Below are positions 36,249 through 49,995 of a stretch of DNA of 64,000 bases, in pieces. Origin of the DNA: Eledone cirrhosa (taxonomy: Eukaryota); contig OZ024745.1 of the NCBI GenBank assembly GCA_964016885.1, forward strand, positions 90,768,001 to 90,832,000. Reading direction: 5' to 3'. The notes under the pieces were generated by a model. The model searched no databases and had not been told where the DNA came from. It was given only the letters and a program-made list of their open reading frames with translations. Positions within the stretch are counted from its first letter, which is position 1. Each line of letters begins with the position of its first letter. A program made the position numbers and the translations under genes.

Positions 36249-39200
36249 TATGACCATGCTGTAAAATAGAGGGGTAGAGAGGGCCCTTGAGTCTAGTAAG
36301 ACATCCTCTCTAGTGCTGGTGGCACAAATAAAAGCACCCAGTCCATGCTGTAAAGTGGCACTGGTGTTAGGAAGGGCATCCAACCAGTGTATCAATGCCA
36401 AAACGCTTAGCAGCATAGCAATAAATAGATAGGAACAACAAAAATATGAAGACGTCGCATCTCAGAGTTGCAACACTTAATGTTGGCACTGTCAGAGGTA
36501 GATCTGCTGAAATAGTGGAGATGCTGGAGAGAAGGCATGTGGATGTGTGCTGCATGCAAGAGGTGAGATGGAGAGGTGCCTCTGCGAGACTAGTCATAGG
36601 CAAACATCTTAGCTATAAGCTTTCCTGGGTAGGTAAGGATGGTGGGTTAGAGGGAGTAGGCATTTTCCTGGCTGAGAGATGGATCAATAAGACAATAGAG
36701 GTAGTTCGAGTTAGTAATCGAATAATTAAGCTTAGATTAGTTGTAGGCAGGAGACTACTGACAATCATCTCTGCCTATGCTCCCCAAGCAGGCCTAGGCA
36801 GAGATGAGAAAGACTGCTTTTACGAGCAACTTTTACAAACAACTGCAATGACAGAAGACAGAGACATCGTTATGCTAGCAGGGGACTTCAATGGTCATGT
36901 TGGACATCTCCAGGATGATTACACTGGGGTACATGGTGGGCACGGTTACGGCCCAAGAAATGAAGAAGGAGTGAGACTTCTTGAATTTTGTGATGCAAGT
37001 ACACCGACTATTTGCAACACAAACTTCCAGAAGTCTGCCAATCACCTAATAACCTACAAATCTGGCAAGCACGTAAGCCAGATTGACTTCTTACTAGTTA
37101 GGCAGTGGGACAGGCAATAGTGTCTAATATCAAAGCATACCCTGAGGAAGAATGTACCCCACAGCATAGGTTAATCGTTAGTGATATCTCAGTAAGCAAG
37201 AGATGGAATGAGACATACAGGAAGGTGTGGAGAAGAAAGGTCTGGAAGCTAAAAGACCTTTCACTAAAATACAAATTTAGGAAAGCCCTTCAAGATGTGT
37301 ATGACGAAAAAGAAGACAATTTAGAGACGTATGACATAGATAATAACTGGAATTTCTTACGTGACAACTTACTGCAGGCTACTGATGAAACTTGTGGCTG
37401 GAGCAGAGCTCCAACCAGACAGAGAGTGACCTGGTGGTGGAACAGCACAGTAGATAAACCCATTAGAGACAAAAGACTAGCATGGAAGGCTTGGAAAAAG
37501 GGTGGGAGTAGGGAAGAATACACAGCCGCTAAGAGAGAAGCTAGACATCAGGTGTACTTAGCACGCAGGGAGGCTGAGAGTAGGAGGTTTGCCAATGTTC
37601 TGCGACGGGAAGATCAGAGGCGTGCAGTGTTCCACATTGCAAGGCAGTGTGTCAATGCAAATCATGTCGTTGGAGATAAATGTATCCGGAATGATGCCGG
37701 TGTACTTAGTGTCACGAACGATCAGAAAAGGGAGGCCTGGAAATGTCATTATGAGAGACTGATGAATGTGGAGAACGAATGGGAGAGAGAGAAAATACCC
37801 TCAGTAGAAACGAGAGTGGGACCAGCTTTTGAGATTGACGAATATAGGGTCCAAGAGGCGATTAAGGAAATGAAAAATGGTAAGGCAGCTGGACCATCGG
37901 GAATAGTTGCTGAGATGCTGAAGGCATCAGGGGACGTAGGCACTAAACTGGTTGCATGCATCATCAATCAGGCTATATATGGTGGTGTCATACCCAAAGA
38001 CTGGTGCAGCAGTATTCTCATAAATTGCTACAAAGGTAAAGGGGGTGCTCTGGAGAAGAGCAATTATAGGGGTATAAAACTGATGGATCAGGTTATGAAA
38101 GTGGCAGAAAGGATATTAGCACAACTAATTAGAGAAAGGGTCAAACTGGATGAGATGCAGTTTGGTTTTGAGCCCGGGAAGAGTACAACAGATGCCCTCT
38201 TCTTGGTGAGACAATTGCAAGAGAGGTTCTTAGAGAAAAATAAGCCACTATACTTAGCCTTTGTTGACCTAGAGAAGGCCTTTGATAGGGTACCCCGATC
38301 TGTCATCTGGTGGTCCCTAAGGAAACCAGGTGTTGAGGAATGGCTTGTGAGGACAGTGCAAACTTTGTACAGAGGTAATGTCAGTAAAGTCAGGGTAGGA
38401 ATGGAGTTTAGTGAGGAATTCCAGATACAAGTAGGAGTACATTAAGGTTCGGTCCTCAGCACACTCTTGTTCATTATAGTCCTCCAAACCATAACAGGGG
38501 AGTTTAAGACTGGCGGTCCATGGGAACTTCTCTATGCTGACGATCTGGTTCTTATAGCAGAATCAGTAGAGGAGCTAGAGAATAAATTCTGGCTATGGAA
38601 ACAGCAGTTGGAAGCAAGAGGACTGAGAGTGAACCTAGCTAAGACAAAAGTGTTGATGAGTAGAATGAGGACAAAACTCTGATTCCGTCAGGGAAATGGC
38701 CAATATGCAGAAAAGGAACTGGCATAAATTTTATAAAATGCACACAATGCAGATCTTGGATACACAAGAGATGTAGCGGGATAGCAGACAAACTAACAGG
38801 TAGGGAGAAATATGTATGCAGTAGAAATACAGGGAAATCAGACAGTAGAAGTCGCATTGATAGACACATTTTTCAAATGCAGGCGGGTGCTATAGAAGTG
38901 GTGGATAGCTTCCGGTACCTAGGATATCAGATTAGCATGGGAGGGGGGTGTTCCAAGGCCATAGTATCTAGAATAAGGACGGGTTGGAAGAAGTTTAGGG
39001 AGCTGCTTCCTCTGCTGACAAAGAAGGGTTTCTCCCTGCGTCCGAAAGGCCGATTATATGATGCCTGTGTGAGGAGCGTGATGCTGCATGGTAGTGAGAC
39101 ATGGGCAGAAACTGCAGAGGATATGCGACGGCTGGAGAGAAATGAGGCAAGCATGCTCCGTTGGATGTTCAGTGTCAATGTGCGTGAACGACCCAGCATG

Positions 39201-39521
39201 GATGTGTTGAGAGAGAAACTGTCTCTGAGAGGGATAGAATGTAGTGTATGGGAGAGGAGACTGAGGTGGTATGGACATGTGATGCACATGGAAGATGACC
39301 GATGGGTGAAGAAGTGCCAGGAAATGCCAGTTGAAGGAAGACGTGGTAGAGGTAGACCACAAAAAACATGGGCGGAGGTGGTGAGAACAGACCTCAGATC
39401 GCTGAAGCTGACGGTGGAGATGACGAAGGACCGTGACAAGTGGAGAGATGCTGTGCTGAATAAGACCAGTCCCACCCTTGCAAGCAGAGAAGAGCGAACG
39501 TAAAATGATGATGATGATGAT
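36249..39521 (+). mobile_element. Full-length RTE LINE (APE + RT + PHD-like finger), few disabling mutations
   Basis: 5'UTR 36249-36445; ORF pieces 36446-37120, 37105-38445, 38467-38682, 38877-39503; YADD; (GAT)n tail; same 5' start (TATGACCATGCTG) as the 12890-16112 copy. Confidence 0.95.
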
Positions 39522-40394
39522 ATACATACACACACACACACACACACGGGCAGAGAGAGAGACTAACTCTACTGAATTAATACTAAGAGGAAGTAACAAA
39601 ATAAACAATAAGGAAAAACGTTCTAGAGTAACAGTAAAAATGTATGAAAGTACTGTGAAACATGAAACAGTATGCTGTGTTAACAATGAGAGATTCCACA
39701 TAGATTTTAGTCAAGATTAGTCAACAAGTGGCAAACATTGCAAGGGAGCAGTTGACCAGTTGACAAGTACTTGTTAGTCATTCTCGCCAGTCAAGTAAAG
39801 TGTTTGGTAGTCGTTATTAGATAGTAAAATAGGTAAATTAGAATTATTTATTATAAAAGTATGAAAACAGATTTTTTATGAGAATGGAACTAGATCCTTT
39901 CGCACAGATTCTTTCCTCGTAGCAATTAATAATGATTTCTGATTTAGGCACAAGGCAATTGATAATGTAAGAAGAATTAATTGTAATCACAGAATTTAGC
40001 AGCAAGAAACCTCACAAAAAAAATACTTGTTTATTAAACATAGTCACTCTAACAAACCAGAGTAATTCCCACTCAACATACTGACAGAAAACTGACCAAT
40101 AAATAGACCAATAAAAATACAGCCCAAAAAACTTATGCCCAGTAGAGCTGTTAAAATTTGCATATCCCATCAATTAACTAAGTGGCAATTTAGCAGAATC
40201 GTTAGAGTACCAGACAAAATGCCTTAGAGTATTTATCCTGGCACCTTACATTATGACTTCAAATTTTGCTGAGGTTAACTTTGCCTTCCATCCTTCTACA
40301 ATTGATAAAATAAAGTACCAGTCAAGGACAGTGGACTGGTAGAATCATTAGAGGACATAGGCCTCAAAGTAATTGGTCTGCATGCTGTAATATG

Positions 40395-40870
40395 ATATAT
40401 AGACATATGTGATATATAGACACATAGAAGTGTGCTTGTGAAATATAAGCACATAGAAGTGTATGTACATATACAGGCACATAGAAGTGTGTGTACATGT
40501 GATATACAGGCACATAGAAGTGTGTGTACATGTGATATACAGACACATAGAAGTGTATATACATGTGATATACAGACACATTGAAGTGTATGTACGTGTG
40601 ATATATAGACACATAGAAGTGTATGTACGTGTGATATATAGACACATAGAAGTGTATATACATGTGATATATAGACACATAGAAGTGTATGTATGTGTGA
40701 TATATAGACACATAGAAGTGTATGTACGTGTGATATATAGACACATAGAAGTGTATGTACGTGTGATATATAGACACATAGAAGTGTATGTATGTGTGAT
40801 ATATAGACACATAGAAGTGTGTGTACGCGTGATATATAAACACATAAAAGTGTGTGTGTGTGATACATAG
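40395..40870. repeat. 33-bp minisatellite (about 13 units)
   Basis: Unit CACATAGAAGTGTATGTACGTGTGATATATAGA; produces spurious 11-aa-repeat ORFs. Confidence 0.92.
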
Positions 40871-42174
40871 GCACATAGACATGTATGTACATGTGATATT
40901 TCATTCTAGAAACAAACAACCAAACAAAAAGCAAGTTCCTAAAGTGACAAAGTATAAATAAAATATAAGTTTCTGAACAAAAAACTAATTAAATTAAATC
41001 TGATTGTCCATTAAACTGAAAGCAAAACCAATAACAAGACAGGGCTGTTAGTTTATTTAACAACTTGTCACATTATAACCCGTGTTGTTATACTACTACT
41101 ACAGGATCTGTGAAGCAGTAAGAATTAAAAGTAAAACATTGGCAAAAGTCAAGCTGTAAGGTCTTCACTTACGCAGGTGCAACTCTTTTGGAAAAGCATG
41201 AAGCCTTTCAAGAAACATCATCATCATTATCATTATCGTTTAACATCTATCTTCCACGCTAGCATGGGTTAGACGGGAATTGTCCCATTTGAGGCAAGAT
41301 TGGTTGGGTGACCGTGTCTCGCTCGTATAGGACTATCTGGCAGGTTTATAAGAAGTATTAACATCTACATAAGAAGTATTAACAATAGAAGAGCAAGCTA
41401 AATTTGCAATAGCGTTTAGTTATGTCTTCAAATTCTGAGTTCATATTTCACCACTGGCAGGGCATTGAGTCTATGTCTAAGATACTTACTTACCCTTTAG
41501 CATGCTGAATTTTTTTATAAATTGCTTCCCTTGATACTGCATTACGTATTAAGGGGAGATTATTGACAACATAAAGTGCATAGAGTGTGCTGAAGGTTAA
41601 GTTACAAATCACTCAGTCTGTAAAATAAACACAATGAAATGGTTCAGTTTGCTGTTGAAATCAGCATCATTGAATGATTAAAAAAGAATTTCCTTTATTT
41701 AGCCGTGTTGCACTGGGTATAGCTAGCCGTGTTGCACTGGGTATAGCTTACAAAGGAATATACTCCACTGGGTTGACTTTCCCTAGTTATAAAAATAAAC
41801 TTTGAAGTGACCTTCCTTACAACACAGTGAATTATGAGACTCACTTTCTACATAAAAACCATTTTCATGGCTGTCATTGTTTTGCAAATTGAAGGATTTA
41901 CATGAATTGTTAAGCAAATGTTTGAATAAGAGCTAAATGCCTTTTTCAAATATATTAATTTATTAAACAATGAGATTTTGGTAGTACTATCCTATTGTTC
42001 AGCCAGTCAAACTGGGGCCAAGAAGTGCCATATACTTTACATGTAAGTGCAGTGGAAGGTTTGACATTGATAACACTTGAAATAGCTTGAAGGTAATAAA
42101 TTGGATTTATTTTCAGAAATAAAAGAAAATGAAATAAAACAGGTGACTCGTTAGTTTGGAAGGCAGTAAATATT

Positions 42175-42310
42175 TAGACACATGGGCCATATTTTCTAGG
42201 CAAGAAGTAGTAAAGATAATTAGAGACATAGATGATATTTTCTCAGCAAGAAGTAGTAAAGATAATTAGAGACATAGACCATATTTTCTAGGCAAGAAAT
42301 AGTAAAGTTA
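42175..42310. repeat. About 48-bp tandem repeat x3
   Basis: AGACATAGACCATATTTTCTAGGCAAGAAGTAGTAAAGATAATT repeated. Confidence 0.8.
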
Positions 42311-45300
42311 TTTAAGTAATAGGACTTATTTTACAGGCAAATCCAACCAACAGGAGACCCTGAACAAGATGGTTGGATAACATCCATGAGCTTGGCTGGT
42401 CTCACTTGGGAATCCAGCCAGATCAGTTGGAGATGATTGCTTCTGACAGGACCTATTGAAAGGCGTGTTTGAGTGTCTCCACGACCTTAGGAATAAGTGA
42501 GCGAAGAAGAAGAACTTATTTTCTAGAAAATAACACATAGAATTAAGAGACAATAAACAGCTGAGGATCCTTAAACCAAGGTGATTTCAGGCAGTTTGGT
42601 ATTAAAAGGGTTAAGAAAGTTTTACTTTATAAAAACACAAACAGCAAAACTGTATAGGTGAAATAATTTCACAGAGTGCAATAACAAGGCCAGTGCTGTA
42701 GTGAAGCCAGTGCTGTACCAAAGCACATGCATTTGACTGATAGAAACACTTCATGCTGCCTGATTTGCCGTTTGTATCCCACTACTCCTACCACTCTGTA
42801 GAGCATTCATGTGGAGGTGACACTTCATATTGCCTAACTAATATGATTGAAATGAGTGAATAAAATTTCTTTATAAAATGTACCATCAAATTTTATGAAA
42901 AGATACCTTATTTTGCAGAACCCTCTTTGGGTAACACTACTCTAGAAAAAAAAACACAAGTAAATAAAGATTTGGAAAACTTTTTGTTGTATGACATATG
43001 CACAGTAGCTAGGGAGACAGGTCAAGACTGGCAAGCAAAACCAAAGTGTCATTTGCAGTATTATGGATTGCTTCCAGGCCACTGGGGGAAAACATCTGAG
43101 GGGCCAATCCTGAACAACAAGCAGTACTGTTTGGAAAACTGAATATGCTGTTCAAATACAGAATGAGATACATCCAATAAATTTCAACTAAAGATCTATG
43201 AGCTTGTAATTCAGTGTTATATCCACTCGGCCAATTTGCTGAGGACGTACAGCCTCCAGTACTTGACTGATACTGGTATTTTTTTTATCCACCTGGAATG
43301 GTCCATGTCGATAGGAGAAAATAGTTGATGTTAAAACTTTATTTCATACAAAGAAAACACAGCAATAAAACAAGAGAAATTGTTCCTATAGAAACCAGCT
43401 CTGATGATCTTTAAGAGGAGAAATTGTTACCATAGCGACCAATTCTAGTAGTCTTTAACAAAATAAACAACCAGAATATGCTACAATACTCCACTGTCTG
43501 AAAACAAAATGGTTTCTAATAAACTATGTCAAATGTTAATCTTTACTCCTTCAATATTGTTGCTGATTGTTCTTTAGAGATTAATAGTGTAAAGAAATAC
43601 ATAGATGAGATATCTTAAAAATAACTTGTTTTTTAACAAAGGTAAATTTCTCCACCAAATGTTATTGTATGTTCAACAACAACAGATGTCAACAAAACGA
43701 ATTTCTCCATCAGATGTTTTTGTGTGTTAACAACAACAGATGTCAGCAAAACAGAACTAAATCCTCAAAAAAATATACCTGGTATGTAAAAAACAAATAA
43801 ATAAACAAATAAAAAGATTTACTAAAAACCAATCAGAAATCCACTTCCTATTGCTTTTCATGGGATTGTTTCCTCCACTACACAATGACATCCTATAACC
43901 CCTTCTATAAGTTCTATGGAACCCTAAACTCCACTCTTCAACACAGCATCAATAATATCTACCTCACACAAATAGTTATCCATTTTACCACTATTCCTTT
44001 CAAGTCACTTCTCTCTAAAAACAAAAGAAAAACCACACTCATGAAAACAACTCCTTAAGGGTGAGCCAACAAAGTAGCCTCTGTGAGGTCACTAATCTTG
44101 CGAGAAATTGCAACTAAATCTTCCTCATATCACATCCTATCATCTAAAATAATTGTTTCTACTTTTGTAGTGATTTAAAAGTACCAGTTGGTCAGTATAT
44201 TCTGGGCAGAGATTTACATTGATATCACAGCTATGGTTCTGGAACTTTGACAGATTGTATTGGTAATGCCTGGGTTCTATTCAGCTAAACGTGTTTTTGT
44301 TGTTGTTGTTGTTGTTTTGTTAAATTTATTCACAACTGCAAGCTAAGTTACAAACAACATTCATAAAAAGCAACATGTGATTTATGTAAAGCTCAAAGGC
44401 TGAAGCAAATATATCATCAACACAAAGGGTGTTCAATTTATTTATTATTGCAATTTGTAAGTTTAGACAGCATGTTTAATACCATATATCATTTCTTTTC
44501 TTTTTTTTTTTTGCTTGAATTTTTTAACATGTTAGACAACTTTACAAGCAGTTTTAGTTGTTCATTTTTAATACTGTAATAATCATCCAATTAAAATGTT
44601 CATAAACAGTGTAGTTTGAAAATGTTCTTGTTCAATGTACTACATTTTACAACATATAGTTCTAATAGAAATATGCTTTCAGATATTATATTGGTGTTTC
44701 TGGCCAGATGGTTAAGAAGTTTGCTTCATAATCATTAGGTCCCAAGTTCAATACTACTCCATTGAGTGTTGTGACAATCATGCCTTTCCTGGTGGCATTA
44801 GCTGAATATATAAACTAAAATAGTGACAGCTGCAGATGTCTGTTTATCAATTACTATTCTGACTTCCCTATCAGTGCAAAGACCATTTACATAGAGAACA
44901 AGCTTAACTGTATTCCTGGCAGATGCAATGAGACAGAGGATCAGGTCAGCCACACCAAACAGTCCCAAAAGATATGGCAAGTGAACAGATAAGCAGCATC
45001 CATTACCTTTAATTCAAGTTCATGAAACAAAGTAACTCTTACAACACCCATTTCCTAAAGGGGCAACACTTCAGCAAAAGTATAACCCCTGAAGTCTGGA
45101 AGGGCTGGATATATAGCTAACTTAGGAACTTCCTAGGGGAAATGCTATCTAAAAAATCAGAATGGATATGTCTATCACTTTTCCAATCTTACATCTACAG
45201 AAGGAGTTGTAGCAAGTTGTACAAAACATTTGTCAATTTTATTGTGCTCCTGCTGCTTGCAGTCATGTCTGATTCCACATTGTGGTAACCATTTATAGCT

Positions 45301-45912
45301 ATGTGATCTAGGCCAGATACAATATAATGCCAATGGCAGGAGATAAACTACAATCCATTCAGCTTGGTAAATCCATTATCCTATCAACTCAACCAGTTAC
45401 AACTATCAGTTGAATGTGTGATGATCACTCTTAAATAATTCTTTCAGTTACTTTCATACTTTAACAATATTTTATTAAAGATCATCAGAGCTGGTCTCTA
45501 TGGAAACAATTTCTCTAGTTAAAGATAATATGACCTGGTTTCTATAGGAACAATTGCTCCTGTTTTGTCACATGTCATTGTGTTTTCTTTGTATGAATTA
45601 AACTTCTAACATTGACTAGTTTCTCTTATAGACATTTGTCTTAATCCCAAGTAAGAACCAATGAATGATTCACTAGTTATCCAATCTTGTCCATTATCAA
45701 GTAAAAAACATTACCAATATATTATAGTTATTGTTACAGAGAAAGCTTAAAGTGCTGAGCTCACAATTATGAGGTTGTGAGTTTTATTCCCATTTCCTTA
45801 TGCTATTGAGCAAGACACTTTATTTCATGTCTCTCCAGTTCATGCAGCTTGAAAAACTGAGTTGCGACATTAGAGGTGCCAAGTTGTATTGGCATTTGCC
45901 TTTCCTTTAAAC

Positions 45913-46109
45913 CAGGCATGTCAAACTGAGGGTGCCCTGAGGGCCACATAGGTCACATATGTATTGTCTGAGGGCCGCACGCGACAACTAATTGCACACA
46001 TTACTACTAACTTTTTAAATTTTATATTACAAAGATAAAACATGTTCATGCTGTAAAAACCTTTGTGCGTGCCGCAGGTGTGCTTGTAAAGGGCCGCATG
46101 ACATGCCTG
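45913..46109. mobile_element. hAT MITE
   Basis: TIRs CAGGCATGTCA/TGACATGCCTG; 8-bp TSD CTTTAAAC/CTTCAAAC; interrupts a decayed SINE. Confidence 0.85.
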
Positions 46110-49100
46110 CTTCAAACAACATCAGTAGAATGAAGATGGGAAATTGGTATGAATAGATGATTGCTAGTCTTTCATAAAAAACCTTACCTGGGTTAGTGCT
46201 TTGGAAAGGTACTTTCTAGGTGCAAACCCCATGATCATTCATGACCGAAAGGAGCCTATTATGTATTGTACATACAGTATCCCTTTACATTGAGATAGTA
46301 ATTCATGTATATTGGTGTAGCTCACATTAAGTACTGACTTGGTTTGTTAAGACTTGTCTAACTTTTGCTAGCGGGGGGTGGGGGGTGGGGGGGCATTAAA
46401 TGATGATTTATTTCTTTAGCAAAATTAAACAATTTGGGAGGAGAGCATAGTCAATTAAATTACTCAGTATATTACTAGTATTTATTTTATCAAAAAGAGA
46501 GTTGAAAGCAAAGTTGACTCTTGAGGCGATTTGAACACAGAAATGTAAAGGGACATAATTAAGTACCACAAATTATTTCATCCATTCACTACCCTCTCTG
46601 AATGGTAGACAGTTAAGTTTGCACCAACAACAGTTAAGTTTGTACCAAAATAATTGTTTCTACTTTTGGCACAAGGCCAGCAATTATCCCAGTGTATTAC
46701 TGCTACTTTATTTTATCGACCCGTAAGGATGAAAGGCAAAGTTAACCTCGGATGGGATTTGAACTCAAACCATAAAGGGCCGTAACTCTTTGCTGCAAAG
46801 CATGGCGTCCAACCCTCTACCGATACTGCCAAATAATAGTTTGTAAACATTCAACAAGAGAAATAGGCCTGTCCCCTACAATTGTATTAAAAAATCAAAA
46901 TAACTGCAGATTCATTCAACAAGTAAAAGTACCAAGTAAGACAGCAGTGTATCAGAGTTAATATTATGACATCAAAGATATTTATTACCTACATACAACT
47001 GAATTATCTGGGAGATGTAGAATTAAATATCTTTTCTAGAGATACAATGAAATATCTACAGCGACTATGAACATGTGACCTTCGAGTTGACAATCTAATA
47101 CCTTATCCGGAGACAAAAGAATGAGGAAAGGTAGGAATGACTAAGAGGGATGTGAAGAATGCCAATGGCAGGAGATAAGCTACAATCCATTCAGCTTGGT
47201 AAATCCATTATCCTATCAACTCAGTGAAAAATAATAAACAATGAGAGAGAAAAGGAGAAAAAGTACTATAAAGAAAGGAATGAAGTATAGAGAATTGTCA
47301 ATATCAAATAGTAAACTAAGGTGAAAATTGTATTAAATACTAACTTTTAGCAATGAATATAACTGCTCAACTTTCTTGAGTTCTTTTTTGTAATAGAAAT
47401 GAAAAGAACTTAAAGATAGGAAGCAAAAAAAAAAGAGAAAGAAACCAAATCCTAATAGATCTGTCATTTAAACAGAGAAGGTGGCAAAATTTACTAGAAA
47501 AGCTATTGAAAAAGGAACTTTATTTGCAAACAAAGTAAAATAAGTACATACATTGTGTGTTGTTGCTGTTGAGAAACAATTGTAATTTGTTAGACACTTA
47601 ACAACTACATTGAAACTAACATTATTTACAACGTTCTCAACATAATATAACATAGGCAAAAAAATCATTTGACAAACATTTTGGCAACAGATAAATCATT
47701 GGTTTAACATACGTAAATTAATCTCTATCAGCTTTGACAGTGAATATTCTAGTATTTTAATCAAATGAACTGCTTAATCATTGAATTAGCATGTAAGTGA
47801 TTGAGTATTCCACAAACATTTGTGCCCTTAATGTAATTCTAACACCCATACTGAGAAAAGGTGTGGAAATGTTATGACAATAGATTGTTGAATGTGAAGA
47901 AGGAGTGGGATGAAAAGGAACTATTCTAACCAGGTCTAAAAAAGGAACCAGCTATTGAAGTTGACATATGGTAAAAAATGGCTATTAAGAATATGAAGGT
48001 GGGGAAATGTCTATCTCTCTTCCAATCTTACACCTACAGAAGGAGTTGCAGTTAGTGGTGCAAACTGACAAACATTTGTCAATTCTATTGTGCTCCTGCC
48101 GCTTGCAGTCATGTCTGATTCCACATTGTGGTAACCATTTAAATTTCTTCACTACAGATACAATATAATGCCAATGGCAGGAGATAAACTACAATCCATT
48201 CAGCTTGGTAAATCCATTATCCTATCAACTCAGCCAGTTACAACTATCAGTTGAATGTGTGATGATTACTCTTAAGTAATTCTTTCAGTTCTTTCATACT
48301 TTAACAATATTTTATTATTAAAGACCATCAACAAATGCCACAAAGTAATAAGAAAGTTTTTAATGCGATGTAACAACATCCAAAATTTCTAATCAAAACT
48401 CAAATCATTAGGATTCTTGTCATTTGAATCAAATGTAAGGGTAAATCTATAATGTAAATACATAAAACTTAATATATCTTAGAGAAAAGAATAATTGCTA
48501 CTGACTATTCATATAAAATATATTCAAATATCAATTATAGAACTTTAGTACCCCTAGATTTGGTCAGCTTTTCAACTACTTATTCTCTATGAAACAATGA
48601 AAAACTCTTTTCCAAATTGAATCACAATATTACATTTTTATGATGTCTAAGATATAGTTGTACTTAAAGAATTTTTTAGAGAATGGGAATTTTTAATTAG
48701 AAGTGTAATAAATGCTGTATAGAGGTGAAGGATTGATATACAGGGAAAATTGTTGAAGAGCTGGGAAATGTAAGAATTACTATCTTCTTCCCCTGACTCC
48801 TTCATGAGAGGGAAAAAAGCTTCCTGATGAAATGTAAAATTATTCTAAGAATAAACCATCTTTGTGAGATTGTTGGATATTAGAAAGAAAAAGGTTAACT
48901 AAATCATCTCAAAAAATATTTACTTAATCAGGAATATTTGATGAGTTGAAAGTATATCTGAAGTCAGTGAATACAAAAAAAAACAGAAAATGATATAAAT
49001 ACATGGAAATATTTCATGTATATTAATAACTCAGATAAATTATATAAACAACCCAGAATGTGCGTTGACCTATAATGTCATGACAGTAAACATAGGTTTG

Positions 49101-49849
49101 TCTATGAAACTAATCAAGTCAAGGTGATATGCTTTATTTCAGATAGTTTTGTTAGCAGTGCTTCAGATTCCTCTACCTAATCTATAATATTCTGCCTGTC
49201 ACAATATTTGCCTAGATATTATGATTTTTAATAAACTTAACTATGGAATGAAATTAAAATCTTTAACAAAATGAAACATGTCTCTGTGTGTCTTTATCTC
49301 CAATTCACATTTGACACTGCTAGCGGTGACATTTGTTTATGCTCTGCATAAATATAAGTCCAATAGCTCAGCAGTTGACAGTCACAAATTACTGCCTCAA
49401 GAAAGGGTCATCCAACTCATACTAACATGTAGAAACAGTGGCTGTGGTATAAGCAATGGTGGTGGTGTTGATAATGATAATGAGGATGAAGATGATGACG
49501 ATGAAAAAAAGAATACAGTTCCATAAATCATGCCCTGCATACGATCACAAAATCTGTGACAGTAAAAATTTGCAAAGCTTTAAAAAAAATTTATAAAAGA
49601 TGAATGATAACGCAAAAGATGCCAAAGAGAACAAGATCCTTTTCTTTTTAATCTGCACTGGTGGCCAGTATAAATAAACTCTAAACTCCAATCAAGAATA
49701 GAAACAACATACATACAAATATAAATACATTACTTGCACACACACTCACGCATGTAAATGTATGTATGTATAAGCTGGTTACTGTAAACTAAACAGCTTA
49801 GGTTAAAAGGGAAACTGGTGTAAAGTGAGTGAAAAGTCAGCTATGTCAA

Positions 49850-49995
49850 CCAGGTAAGGCCATTTTCCTTACTGTAAAACCCTTCGAGGAAGGTAAATCT
49901 TTAATCTGGGATGCCACGTACTCCATTTCCAACCTTGTTGCTTCGGTGACAAACCCAAGTACTACCACTTGTGATGCAGAGGAGATGAAGATAGT
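49850..49995 (+). pseudogene. Fragment of an RLE-type (CRE/NeSL-like) non-LTR retrotransposon endonuclease
   Basis: PFEEGKSLIWDAT...AEEMK resembles the PWxxGKxLVWDAT...AExxK restriction-like endonuclease motif. Confidence 0.5.

Noticed and set aside
36249-36345. HDV-like ribozyme in the RTE 5'UTR
   Set aside because: Some GACCA/TGGTC pairing and a TCCTC word, but I could not build the nested double pseudoknot by eye.
40296-40934. Long ORFs (up to 212 aa) on both strands
   Set aside because: Products of a stop-poor 33-bp minisatellite.
43401-43430. CTGATGA...GAAA hammerhead-like string
   Set aside because: No credible stems I and III; part of a subterminal repeat.
44798-45110. Possible extra host exon or ORF
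   Set aside because: No kinase similarity or clean splice pair; at most a very old LINE 5' remnant.
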